From Bryobacterales bacterium (GTDB lineage: Bacteria; Acidobacteriota; Terriglobia; Bryobacterales; UBA6623), in contig OY729428.2 in the NCBI GenBank assembly GCA_963422375.2, positions 2,432,001 through 2,496,000 on the forward strand: a stretch of 64,000 nucleotides of DNA, in the 5' to 3' direction. The first letter of the stretch is position 1; every line of letters starts with the position of its first letter. Below are positions 9,503 through 18,551 of this stretch, in pieces. The notes beneath the pieces are model-generated. The model ran no database searches. It was given only the letters and a program-made list of their open reading frames with translations, and was not told the origin of the DNA. The translations under genes and the position numbers were made by a program.

Positions 9503-11532
9503 ATGCCGCTCCCCTGGCGCTCCTTGACGGCGAACTCCGCCGCCGTCAGGCGCTCCTTGCTGCCGGTGGTCAGCCGCGCTTTCTCCAGATCCGCCTGGAT
9601 GCGCGCCACGGTGGTCTCCTGCTGCGCGGCCAGCCGCAGGATTTCGGTCTGCTTGTGCATCTCGGCCAGCTGCAGCTGCCCCTGGACGCGCGCCCGCTCC
9701 AGCTGCAGCTTGGCCTCCAGCTCGGGGTCGGACCCGCCTTGCTCGGCGCGCGCCCGCGCCAGCTCGCCCAGCTCCTCGTCGCTCAGCACGGCCTCCCCGC
9801 CCGGCACCTGCAGGGCCGCGAACAGGCGCCGGGCCAGCTGCGGCACCCGCACCATGTCCGACAGCAGCGGGTTGCTCGCGGCCAGGTTCAGGATCATCAG
9901 CAGGTTCTGGGCCTGCAGCTCCCGCAGCATGAGCACGCTCGACCCCCTCGCCTTGACGCGCATGTCGCCCTTCACGACGTCCGGCCCGAACTGCATGTTC
10001 CACTCGTAGAGCCGGCGGATGTTGGGCAGGGTGAATTCGGCGTCGAAGGCCCTGGCCGCGTTGCGGAAGACTATGTTCACGGCGTTGACCAGCAGGCTCA
10101 TGCCGTGCGCCGTCTGGGCTACCTGCGCGCCCTGGTCCCCCTGCGCGATCAGCGGCAGGTTGGTCTCGTCGTCGCAGAAGCGGCTGGCGTATTCGATGAT
10201 GCGCACCAGGTTGTCGGTGTTGCCGTCGATGCGCACCGCCTCGATGCCCGCCCGGTCGCCCGAGCCCTCGCGGTACCACACCTTGCGCGGGGCGATCTCC
10301 CAGCCGCCCTCGGCCGGCTGGATGCTGGCGCGGTCCACCACGAACATGGGCACGCCGCTCAGCCCGCCGTTCTCCATGCACATGCGCCAGGCGGCGTTCA
10401 GCGCCGACTGCGGGTCGCGCATCTGGGCCGGGATGCCGTGTCCGAACAGCCCCCCGTCGGCGGGGTCCAGGCGATAGACCGAGTACAGCGGGGCCTCCGA
10501 GTCCAGGTGATGCACGCCGTAGCGCAGCACGCGCCCCTGGCAGCACCAGATCACCGCCTCGGTCATGTCCAGCGGGTCGTCCGCTTCCAGGCTCGCCGCC
10601 ACCTCGGCGTCGCCGTGCCGCCGCGCCAGCGCCCGCAGCCGCCCCGCCGGCACCGGCCCGTGGTATTCCAGCACCCAGTAGCGCCGCGTCTCGCCGTCCT
10701 CCAGCGCGTGCTCGCCGATCAGCCGCAGGTCGCGCATGCCCTCCGCCAGCTCCCCGCCTTGCGGCTGCTCCAGCAGCAGCGAGCGGATCTCCTCGCCCAG
10801 GAAGCCCGGCACCCGCGCCAGCCGCCGCAGCTTGCGCTTGGTCATGCGATGGATCTCGAAGACGAACTCGCAGTCCTCCACGCTCTCCGCGTCCATGTCG
10901 GGCAGGAAGTTCCACACGTCCACGAACTCGAAGGCCGGGGCCGTCGCGGGCGTTCGCCGCATGAACCAGCCGCTCTCGCTCTCGACCCATTCCGACTTCT
11001 CGGCGGAGCGCGCGAACGGCCCCTTGCACACGCCCGTGCCCAGCTTGCAGGCCTGCTCCACCACCCGCCGCCCGACCTCGGCGTAGCCGCATTCCTCGAG
11101 CTGGTCGGCCACCAGCTCGGACATGGCCTTGGCGCGCTCCTCCGCGGCCGCCCGGGCCGCCTCCATGCCGCCCCGCTCGATCTCCTCTTCCGCCACGCCC
11201 TCGATGTCCGGCACCGGCGTCGCCTCGACGCTCCAGTTGGCCTCGTCGGAAGGGAACAGGATGTCCGCCAGCCGCGAGCGCATCACGCGCGTCTTGGGCC
11301 GCGTCAGGTTGACGAACAGGCGGCTCGCGCCCTTCGTCTCCGCAAGCCGCTTCTCGGTGCCTTCGTCGTAGTGGCCGTAGTACTGCCGCGTGTCGCGGTA
11401 CCAGCGCTCCTCGATAGAGCGCCGCCGCCGCGCCTGCTCGGCCGCCAGCTCCTGCAGCTCCTGCGCCAGCTGCGACCCGGCCGACGGCTCGGGCGGGTCC
11501 GGCCGCGCCGCGGGCAGCTCGTCCGGCCGCAT
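9499..11532 (-). CDS. Portal protein (P22-like)
   Basis: 677 aa after terminase; LFVNLTRPK, KLGTGVCKGP, DVWNFLPD and coiled-coil C-terminus. Confidence 0.85.
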   Translation of the reverse strand: MRPDELPAARPDPPEPSAGSQLAQELQELAAEQARRRRSIEERWYRDTRQYYGHYDEGTEKRLAETKGASRLFVNLTRPKTRVMRSRLADILFPSDEANWSVEATPVPDIEGVAEEEIERGGMEAARAAAEERAKAMSELVADQLEECGYAEVGRRVVEQACKLGTGVCKGPFARSAEKSEWVESESGWFMRRTPATAPAFEFVDVWNFLPDMDAESVEDCEFVFEIHRMTKRKLRRLARVPGFLGEEIRSLLLEQPQGGELAEGMRDLRLIGEHALEDGETRRYWVLEYHGPVPAGRLRALARRHGDAEVAASLEADDPLDMTEAVIWCCQGRVLRYGVHHLDSEAPLYSVYRLDPADGGLFGHGIPAQMRDPQSALNAAWRMCMENGGLSGVPMFVVDRASIQPAEGGWEIAPRKVWYREGSGDRAGIEAVRIDGNTDNLVRIIEYASRFCDDETNLPLIAQGDQGAQVAQTAHGMSLLVNAVNIVFRNAARAFDAEFTLPNIRRLYEWNMQFGPDVVKGDMRVKARGSSVLMLRELQAQNLLMILNLAASNPLLSDMVRVPQLARRLFAALQVPGGEAVLSDEELGELARARAEQGGSDPELEAKLQLERARVQGQLQLAEMHKQTEILRLAAQQETTVARIQADLEKARLTTGSKERLTAAEFAVKERQGSGI

Positions 11533-11536
11533 CGGA

Positions 11537-12289
11537 TCAGAAGCCCGCCACGCGGTCCGCCACCGCCGGGGCGCCCCAGCCCGCCGCCGCCCGCTCCTGC
11601 GAGCGGCGCGTGCGGGCCACCCTCAGGCCGCTGCGCAGGCCGTAGCGCATGCAGTCCATCAGGTGGTCGTGCTTCTTCACCACGCGCCCCCTCTCGTCGC
11701 GGCGGTAGATGCCGAACTCGAAGCGGAAGTACTGGAGCGTGCGGAACACCCGCAGCCGCCCCGTCTGCATGCGATCGTAGCACTCCTCGATGCCCGCGCT
11801 CACCGCGTTGTCCGCCGGGTGCATCGCCAGCCCGCAGCGGGCGTAGCTCTCCATCACCGACTCGCCGTCCTTCACCGTCGCGCCCGCCGAGGACGGGTCG
11901 ATCACCCCCGGCACCCACGCCCCGCGGGCCTTGATCGCCAGCGCGTGCAGCTGCACCGGCTTGCGCCCCTGGTAGTACTCCGACACCAGGTACGCGCAGT
12001 CGGCGTCCCGGTCGTGCGCCAGCCACAGGCACGCCGTGCGGTTCCAACCCGTGTCCAGCGCGAAGCAGCGCGTCCACGCGTCCGGCACCCGGAACGGATC
12101 GACCGTGATCGAATCCACGTCCAGGTCGTAGATGCGCCCGACCCCCAGCACCGGCTCCCCGCGCACCCGCGCGCCCCGCAGGTGCGGCGGCGTCGCCGAC
12201 AGCATCTCCCGCTTGGTCTTCTCCGCCAGGTGCGGGACGTCCCCCCAGCCCACCTGCGTCGTGTAGCGGCTCCCCCCGACCCGCGGCAT
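11537..12289 (-). CDS. Terminase large subunit, C-terminal (nuclease) part
   Basis: ALDTGW and HDHLMDCMRY RNase H-like motifs; own RBS GGAGGT 8 nt upstream of ATG. Confidence 0.85.
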   Translation of the reverse strand: MPRVGGSRYTTQVGWGDVPHLAEKTKREMLSATPPHLRGARVRGEPVLGVGRIYDLDVDSITVDPFRVPDAWTRCFALDTGWNRTACLWLAHDRDADCAYLVSEYYQGRKPVQLHALAIKARGAWVPGVIDPSSAGATVKDGESVMESYARCGLAMHPADNAVSAGIEECYDRMQTGRLRVFRTLQYFRFEFGIYRRDERGRVVKKHDHLMDCMRYGLRSGLRVARTRRSQERAAAGWGAPAVADRVAGF

Positions 12290-12323
12290 CTCGCCCTACC
12301 TCCCGGCCCCGCTCCCGGCCCCG

Positions 12324-13154
12324 CTACCAGCCCGGACGCGCGTCCGGGTCCGGCGGCCGCAACTCGTCCGGCAGGAAGTTCAGCACCACGTCCGTCAGCC
12401 CCTCCAGGGGCGTGAAGGTCAGGTACACGATCCCGTCCACCGTGCCCGTGCGGATCACGCACTCCCCGTACACGTCGTCCGGAGGCTCCTCGTCCAGCCA
12501 GATCACGTGCTTGGCCGTGCCCTCGAACGAGCCCCGCCCCTGCTCGTAGCTCTTCAGGGTCAGCAGGCTGCGCTCCGTGCGCGAGTCCCGCCACAGCACG
12601 TCCACCTCGTTCAAAAGCGCGTTGAAGCCCGAGCGGAACTTCGCCGACTGGTGCGCGATCCGCTCCGCCGGCACCATCCCCTCGCCCGACAGCCGGTTCT
12701 GCCCCCGCGAGTCCTTGCGCACCGGCCCGAACAGCTTCTCCTGCACGATGTCCCGCGTGGTCTCGTTGGTCTTGCCCACCGCCCACGCCTGCACCGGGCG
12801 GTCGAACCTCCGGCCTTCCCACCAGTCCGGGTACAGCCCCGTCAGATGCGCCGTCATCTCGTAGGCCGCCATCTCCGTCTTGCCCGTCCGGTTGCCCCCC
12901 ATCACCGCCCGCTCGCGCGCCCACGCCCCCGCCCGGAAATGCTCCAGGTGCTTCGCGTAGGCGTGCCGCGACAGCTTGCCCGTCCCGGGGTACATGCGGA
13001 AGTACCGCCCCCCCTTGCTCAGCTTGCCCAGCTCCGACAGCACCTCTCCCAGACGCTCGCGCGCGGGCGCGTCCAGCCGCCCCACCGCTTCCGCGTCCCG
13101 CGCCGCCCGCGCCAAACGCTCCGCCGTCTCCGCGATGGCCGCTCCCTGCATCAA
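12324..13154 (-). CDS. Terminase large subunit, N-terminal (ATPase) part
   Basis: Walker A GGNRTGKT, Walker B VIWLDEE, coupling motif TFTP. Confidence 0.9.
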   Translation of the reverse strand: MMQGAAIAETAERLARAARDAEAVGRLDAPARERLGEVLSELGKLSKGGRYFRMYPGTGKLSRHAYAKHLEHFRAGAWARERAVMGGNRTGKTEMAAYEMTAHLTGLYPDWWEGRRFDRPVQAWAVGKTNETTRDIVQEKLFGPVRKDSRGQNRLSGEGMVPAERIAHQSAKFRSGFNALLNEVDVLWRDSRTERSLLTLKSYEQGRGSFEGTAKHVIWLDEEPPDDVYGECVIRTGTVDGIVYLTFTPLEGLTDVVLNFLPDELRPPDPDARPGW

Positions 13155-13226
13155 TGGCCATTATCGCCCGCCCCGGAGACGGCTGGAGGACGGCGGCGAG
13201 CCGCCGAGTGCGCCGGGTTGGCCGAG

Positions 13227-13521
13227 GTGTGACAAGTGTGACAAAAAGTGTGACACTTTTCGTTTCGATGAAGCCATTGGAAACAAAGAACTTAATCTCT
13301 GGAAACGCGAACTCTAGGTCCCGTCACACTTGTCACGCCAAAATATGCCCTTCACGACATGCGCGCATGCGCGTCTGCGCGCCCGCGCGGGCGCGCGCGT
13401 ACAGGGGGGGCATATTTTGTGTGACAACCGTGACATACTACTACTACTACTACTAAATACTTTGTTTCCAAGGGATTAAGTGTCACGGACGGTGTCACAC
13501 TTTTTGTCACACTTGTCACAC
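13227..13521. repeat. Nested ~295-bp inverted repeat with GTGTGAC iterons; probable phage replication origin
   Basis: Perfect 30-bp arms 13227-13256/13492-13521; inner arms ttggaaacaaag/ctttgtttccaa and caaaatatgccc/gggcatattttg; (TAC)n run; AT-rich flank. Confidence 0.7.
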
Positions 13522-13983
13522 TTGTCACGCTTTTGGCTAGAAGTCGTTTATTTCCAGCGATTTAGGTGACATATATTCGTCTAATTTTTTATCTTCATTA
13601 GTATTGATTTCCGTATTTCCTCCATAGGCTGTCGGCATTTACGAAGTTCATGCGAACAAAAAACCGAAGTGTTTTTGTTTACACTCTGTGACAGCGTGTC
13701 GATAGAGCTGATACATAGCGCCGCAAGGGAAAGTGTCACTTGCCTTTGCCGGCGTAAGGCCAAGTGCGAGAGATCAGGCCGGCACGCCCTTAACTACTAA
13801 GTCCTTTGTTTCCAACGTCTCAGGTGGCACAAAAAGTGTCACGCTTTCAGAGGCAGTCGGTCTTCACAAAGATTCAGGCACACTCATACGAACAGAAAAC
13901 AGAAGTTTTACGAATCGTGGCTCCGCTAGTGCCCGTGTCAGGGTGTCAAGCGGTTTCCGGGCACTATGTGATAAAATCTCGAC

Positions 13984-14397
13984 ATGAGTCTGAAGGCCCC
14001 CGATTTCGACTGGGTCTCTGCCCGCTTCGCCTGCACCGCCGGCAGTGTCTTCAACGATCTGCGAGGACTCGCAGAGGTCAACGTCGAGACGCGGTCGGAG
14101 CAACCGAACGCCGGGACGCTGGATTTCCGGGCGTCTGCACCGGGCAGCACGCCAGCGGCCTTCACCGTGCGGCGCATCTGCATCGGAGAGACCTACTCGG
14201 TGCGATTCCGGCTGGTCAACGGGGTCATCAGGATCGACAGCGAGCGGTTGAACCCACCCATTGAGCCGTTCGAGGTCCAGGTCAAGATGGACGACGATGG
14301 CCGGTGCGTCTGCGTGGTGGACGGCCAGATCCGCCTGCTCTGGCAGATCCTGCACCGCGCGCTCGACAGTCTGCTGTTTGGGCACTATCCGATATAA
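13984..14397 (+). CDS. Hypothetical protein
   Basis: 137 aa with protein-like composition, opposite to the phage operon. Confidence 0.65.
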   Translation: MSLKAPDFDWVSARFACTAGSVFNDLRGLAEVNVETRSEQPNAGTLDFRASAPGSTPAAFTVRRICIGETYSVRFRLVNGVIRIDSERLNPPIEPFEVQVKMDDDGRCVCVVDGQIRLLWQILHRALDSLLFGHYPI

Positions 14398-14411
14398 TTC
14401 CCTAACAGCCA

Positions 14412-14756
14412 GTGCGTTTCATCAAGCGTCACTCCGGCTCCACCCCGCCGCCCGACGAAGAGCGCAGGGGCCGCATCTCCCGCCCCACCTCCGCGGACGT
14501 CACGCCCGTCCTCTCGCCCGGCCAGATCCGCTCGCTGCGCGCGGATCTCGGCCTCTCCCGCATCCAGCTCGGACGCGCCCTCGGCTTCCACTCCATCGAG
14601 CCCGACAGGGCCGTCGCCTCCTGGGAGCACGGACGCTCTACCATCCCGGGCCCCTGCCAGCTGATCCTCCTCGCCCGCTGGCGCAACTTCCGCGAGGAAG
14701 GCTCCGACGCCCTCCTCGCCCTCAGAATCCCGGACGGCCCTCCCCCTCCTCGATGA
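14412..14756 (+). CDS. XRE-type helix-turn-helix protein
   Basis: QIRSLRADLGLSRIQLGRALG...VASWEHGRSTIPGP. Confidence 0.75.
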   Translation: MRFIKRHSGSTPPPDEERRGRISRPTSADVTPVLSPGQIRSLRADLGLSRIQLGRALGFHSIEPDRAVASWEHGRSTIPGPCQLILLARWRNFREEGSDALLALRIPDGPPPPR

Positions 14757-15240
14757 GGGCCGGGCCCCCCGCCTTGCGGCCGGGCCCCCCCGTCCGCGCC
14801 TCGATCTGGTCCAGAATCTCCTGCGCCAGAGCCCCCACGTCGCCCGCGCTCATCTCCGCTACCGGCCGCTTCGACGCCAGCCGCTGGTCGTCCTGCCAGC
14901 CCTGCCGCGCCTTCAGCCAGAAGATCGCCGCCACCACCGAGGCGCCCTTGCGCCGCCCGGTCTTCTCGTCCACGTACCCCACCGCCTGGTCGTGCAGCGA
15001 CTGCACCACCTCCGCGTCAGCCGCCAGCGCCTGCGCCCGCGCTTCCCGCAGTTCCGGGAATTCATCCATCCAGCGGTTCAGCGTCGACAGCTCGATGCCC
15101 AGCATCGCCGCGATCTGGTCCGCCTTGTACCCCGCCAGCAGGCCCCGGAACACCATGCCCGGATCGCGCTTCTCGTCGAACAGCCGGACTCGCTTCTCCC
15201 CCGGCAGCCTCACGCGCCCGATCTCGCGCATGTTTCGCAT
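14722..15240 (-). CDS. Terminase small subunit (HTH type)
   Basis: QIAAMLGIELSTLNRWMDEFPELREA ... AAIFWLKARQGW pattern; upstream of terL on the same strand. Confidence 0.75.
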   Translation of the reverse strand: MRNMREIGRVRLPGEKRVRLFDEKRDPGMVFRGLLAGYKADQIAAMLGIELSTLNRWMDEFPELREARAQALAADAEVVQSLHDQAVGYVDEKTGRRKGASVVAAIFWLKARQGWQDDQRLASKRPVAEMSAGDVGALAQEILDQIEARTGGPGRKAGGPALIEEGEGRPGF

Positions 15241-15433
15241 CTTTTTTTTCTCTCCTCCTCAAAAACGCCGACCTTTTGGCCCGCGTCCGCTCCTACGGAT
15301 AAGGTATACCAGCAACGGGCCGATGGGACCATCGGTCGTTGGGGGTCCCCGGGCCCTCTGATTTGCTGCCCCCCCCCTCGGTCGGCTTTCGCTTTCCGCT
15401 CTCGGCCGGCCGGCAGAAAACTACCGACCTAAA

Positions 15434-15459
15434 TGACCGATAACGCACACTATCGGTCA
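15434..15459. promoter_or_regulatory. Palindromic site with 9-bp arms and 8-bp asymmetric spacer (lox-like geometry)
   Basis: tgaccgata-acgcacac-tatcggtca. Confidence 0.5.
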
Positions 15460-15731
15460 CTTGAGTCGCCCCAGCCCCAGCGACAGCGCCAACGCGGCTC
15501 CAATCCGTCGCCGCGCCCGCCGATCTCGCAGCTGCCCCTCACGCCCCACCGCCGCGCCAGCGCCCCGCCATCCGGTTCGGCCGGCGCCGGCCCAGACTGC
15601 GATGGCCTGCCGAATCCGCCGAATCCGCCCGTGAGCCGGCCGTGTATATACACGGTGCCGGCCGAACTCCGGGAAAACCGATGACACTAGGAAATATTTA
15701 TGAAAAAACCAGAAATATACCTAAATACCTA

Positions 15732-15759
15732 TTGACATGAGACCACGATGTGGTATGCT
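15732..15759 (+). promoter_or_regulatory. Sigma70-type promoter P1
   Basis: TTGACA-N16-TATGCT, extended -10 TG, A/T-rich upstream tract. Confidence 0.75.
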
Positions 15760-16124
15760 GTAGGTATGACAGCCTGGTGGGACAGCCTACGCCACGCCCG
15801 ACGCGCTCGCAGCCGCGGACGCGATCTGGGGGGTTTACATGCTGCCCGCCCTCGCGGCCGGCAGCGCGGCGGTCGCCGCCGGAATCCTGGCCGGGCCCGC
15901 CGTCGGGCTCGGCCTCGCCGGCATCGCCGGGCCGCGACCCGCGGCTCGCCCCGAGACGGCCAGGGCGCGGCTCGGCCGGACCCGCTCCACGCCGGACGGG
16001 CTGCGGGCCGAAGCCCGCGAGGCCCGCGAGGCGGCCGAGAGGATCTCGCGCAGCGAGTGGATACCCGCTGCGACAATCCGCAGCCTGGTCCACGTGCTGC
16101 TGGACCAGGCGGACTGGCTGGACA

Positions 16125-16152
16125 TTGACAGTACCACACGATGTGGTACTGT
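16125..16152 (+). promoter_or_regulatory. Sigma70-type promoter P2 with palindrome gtaccaca-cga-tgtggtac
   Basis: TTGACA-N16-TACTGT followed by RBS ggaggaaagg and ATG 16172. Confidence 0.6.
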
Positions 16153-16171
16153 ACGGGAGGAAAGGAACACC

Positions 16172-16906
16172 ATGACCACCTATACATGCGTTGGTCCGGT
16201 GCGCGGGTGCTGCGGCATCCGGCACCGGACCCACGAGGAGGCCGACCGCTGCGTGCGCTACGACTCGGACGGCGAAGTTTCGCTGGGCCGGCACAGCGAT
16301 CGCCAGGTGGTGGTGGCGGAGGAGCACGAGGAGCTCCTTCCGCCGATCACATATACCTGCGTCGGACCGGTGCTCGGATGCTGCGGCATCCGGCACCGGA
16401 CCCACGAGGAGGCCGACCGCTGCATCGAGAGCAGCGAGGTCGTTGCTCCCGGCGATTGGTACGATCGCCGGATCGTGATCGCCGAGCGACACGGCGACGC
16501 GATCGCGGCCGTTCGGCAGCGGATCGATCTGCCGGCCGACATCGACCTGAGCCCGGTGGGTCTCGTGCTCACCGGGCACGAAATCCCGGCGATGGTGCAC
16601 CAGCAGCTGCACGCGGCTGGCCTGCACCCGGCCACCATGTGGTGCGACCACCACATGGGCGTACTGCTCGAGGACGTGCGCGGCACGCACGTCCTCGAGA
16701 TCCTACGAGAGGACGATCGCGAGGGCCTGCCGGCCCGCCTGGCGGTGCGTGCGGCCGGGTATCACCTGCTGGTGCTACCACGACCGCACGAGCAGGCGGG
16801 CCGGGCGCGGTACTACTCGTGCACGCGCAACGGCCCGCTGTGGGCGCCGCCCGGGCCGACTATGCGGGAGGCGGGTCGCGCCGCCTCCCAGGAGGAGACA
16901 CCATGA
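16172..16906 (+). CDS. Protein with two copies of the YTCxGxVxGCCGIRHR domain plus a C-terminal domain
   Basis: RBS plus ATG; two TYTCVGPVxGCCGIRHRTHEEADRC units; C-terminal part paralogous to 18552-19082. Confidence 0.8.
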   Translation: MTTYTCVGPVRGCCGIRHRTHEEADRCVRYDSDGEVSLGRHSDRQVVVAEEHEELLPPITYTCVGPVLGCCGIRHRTHEEADRCIESSEVVAPGDWYDRRIVIAERHGDAIAAVRQRIDLPADIDLSPVGLVLTGHEIPAMVHQQLHAAGLHPATMWCDHHMGVLLEDVRGTHVLEILREDDREGLPARLAVRAAGYHLLVLPRPHEQAGRARYYSCTRNGPLWAPPGPTMREAGRAASQEETP

Positions 16907-17319
16907 CCGAGGGGCAATGCGTACTGCTAATTGACCCGGACCGCGAGGATTGCGCCGGCGGCACGATCCTCGCATCCCTCTCAGACGGCCTAGTAGAGGT
17001 CGACTGGGACTACGAGATTAGCGGGCCGGTCGACCTTTCCGCGCTCGAGCCGACCGAGGCGCGCAGCGCGGCGGCGCGCGATCGCGAGATCTCGCGCCTA
17101 TGGAGCGAGCGTCACGCCTACACGTGCGTCGGGAGCGTGCGGGGATGCTGCGGCATCCGGCACCGCTCCCGTGCCGCCGCCGAGCGCTGCATCGAGCGAG
17201 ACGAGCGCCGTCTCGCCTCGCATGGGTGCTTCGGCGACCGCCAGGTGGTGCTCGCGAGGGAGCACGAGGACGAGCTGCGGTACCTCGCGGAGCTCCGGCG
17301 GCGCGGCCATCCATCATGA
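16903..17319 (+). CDS. Protein with C-terminal YTCxGxVxGCCGIRHR domain
   Basis: RBS aggaggag; YTCVGSVRGCCGIRHRSRAAAERC. Confidence 0.75.
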   Translation: MTEGQCVLLIDPDREDCAGGTILASLSDGLVEVDWDYEISGPVDLSALEPTEARSAAARDREISRLWSERHAYTCVGSVRGCCGIRHRSRAAAERCIERDERRLASHGCFGDRQVVLAREHEDELRYLAELRRRGHPS

Positions 17320-17588
17320 CCTATCCCGAGCCCACCTACACCTGCCTTGGGCCGGTGAGCGGATGCTGCGGCATCCGCCACCGGACCAAGTCCGCGGCCG
17401 AGCGCTGCGTCAATCGCCACTGGCGCAGCTGCGCCGACCAGGGCGGGTACGGCGAGCGCGTCGTCGTACCCGCGGACGAGCTCGAGCCGCCGCGGCGGCT
17501 CTCCGACGAGCCCGAGGCCGCTGCCGATCTCGAGCGGCGGTACGCCGACTCGCTGCAAACGCTGCGGCGGCTCGGACATTTTCCGTGA
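17316..17588 (+). CDS. Single-domain YTCxGxVxGCCGIRHR protein
   Basis: ATGA-coupled; MTYPEPTYTCLGPVSGCCGIRHRTKSAAERC. Confidence 0.75.
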   Translation: MTYPEPTYTCLGPVSGCCGIRHRTKSAAERCVNRHWRSCADQGGYGERVVVPADELEPPRRLSDEPEAAADLERRYADSLQTLRRLGHFP

Positions 17589-18517
17589 CGCCGCCGCGCC
17601 CCGGCCACGGGGCGGAGGCGCGGTTCGCCGAGCGCTTCGCCCCGGCCACGGCCCGCCTGTACGCGGGCCAGTGGCGGGCCTGGGAAACGTGGGCCTGGCT
17701 GTCGGGGCGGACGCCCCTGCCGGCCGATTCGGCTTCCCTGGCCGAGCACGTGCTGGCGCGCTCGGCCTCGGCCTCGATGCCCACGCTGCGGGCGGCGGTG
17801 GCGGCGGTCGGGGCCGCCCACCGCTTGGCTGGATCGCCCGACCCGTCGGACAGCGAGACCGTGCGGGCGGCGCTCGCGATGGCCGCGCGCAAGATCGGCA
17901 GCGACAGCGCGCAGGCGCGGCCGCTGGACGCGGCGGCGCTCGAGCTCGTTGTCGCGACCGCGACCAAGCCCCGGCGGGGGCGGGGGGGCAGTCGGGAGAC
18001 GCCGCGGAGGGCCGAGCGGCGCGGGCGGGTGGACATCGCGCTCTGCCGCGTGATGCGAGACGCCATGCTGCGGCGGTCCGAGGCCGCGGCGCTAGGATGG
18101 GGCGACGTGGAGACCTACACGGACGGGTCGGCGCGTCTGACGGTGAGGCGATCGAAGACGGACCAGGCGGGGCGGGGGGCGGTCCTGTACCTCGGTCCCG
18201 AGGCCGCCGCGGCGCTGGCCGCGATCCGTCCGGAGACGCCGCGCGGGACGGTATTCGGCCTGGGGGCGCGGCAGATCTGCCGCCGCATCGCCGCGGCCTG
18301 CCAGGCGGCCGGCCTGGGGGCGGGCTACTCGGGCCACTCTCCGCGGGTGGGCATGGCGCAGGACTTGGTGGCCTACGGGGCGGACCTGCCCGCCGTCATG
18401 CAGGCCGGGCGGTGGTCCTCGCCCGACATGCCCGCCCGCTACTCGCGGCACCTGCTGGCCGGGCGGGGGGCCGTCGCGCAGTACTACGCGTGCGGGCAGG
18501 TCCCGCGCGGACGATGA
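17585..18517 (+). CDS. Cre-like tyrosine recombinase
   Basis: GTG coupled to upstream stop; LRRSE (R), RSKTDQ (K), GHSPR (HxxR), GRW (W), ARY (Y); N-terminal core-binding domain. Confidence 0.9.
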   Translation: MTPPRPGHGAEARFAERFAPATARLYAGQWRAWETWAWLSGRTPLPADSASLAEHVLARSASASMPTLRAAVAAVGAAHRLAGSPDPSDSETVRAALAMAARKIGSDSAQARPLDAAALELVVATATKPRRGRGGSRETPRRAERRGRVDIALCRVMRDAMLRRSEAAALGWGDVETYTDGSARLTVRRSKTDQAGRGAVLYLGPEAAAALAAIRPETPRGTVFGLGARQICRRIAAACQAAGLGAGYSGHSPRVGMAQDLVAYGADLPAVMQAGRWSSPDMPARYSRHLLAGRGAVAQYYACGQVPRGR

Positions 18518-18551
18518 GAGAGGCCGGTCGCGCCGGCCAGGAGGAGACACC

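Noticed and set aside
13..13232. Many long plus-strand ORFs over the phage late region (e.g. 13-1380, 3151-5352, 9655-11934)
   Set aside because: Antisense shadows of real minus-strand genes in high-GC DNA; Arg/Pro/Ala-rich, no motifs
13227..13530. GTGTGAC repeats as a CRISPR or MITE
   Set aside because: No repeat-spacer periodicity and no target duplication seen; better explained as an iteron/origin-like structure
15766..16128. Gene directly downstream of promoter P1
   Set aside because: The frame from the leaderless ATG is low-complexity Arg-rich while the protein-like frame lacks a clear RBS; a CDS could not be fixed
17585..18517. Integron integrase or shufflon
   Set aside because: The recombinase is Cre-like (GRW motif, no evident IntI insertion); no attC array or inverted sfx-type repeats seen
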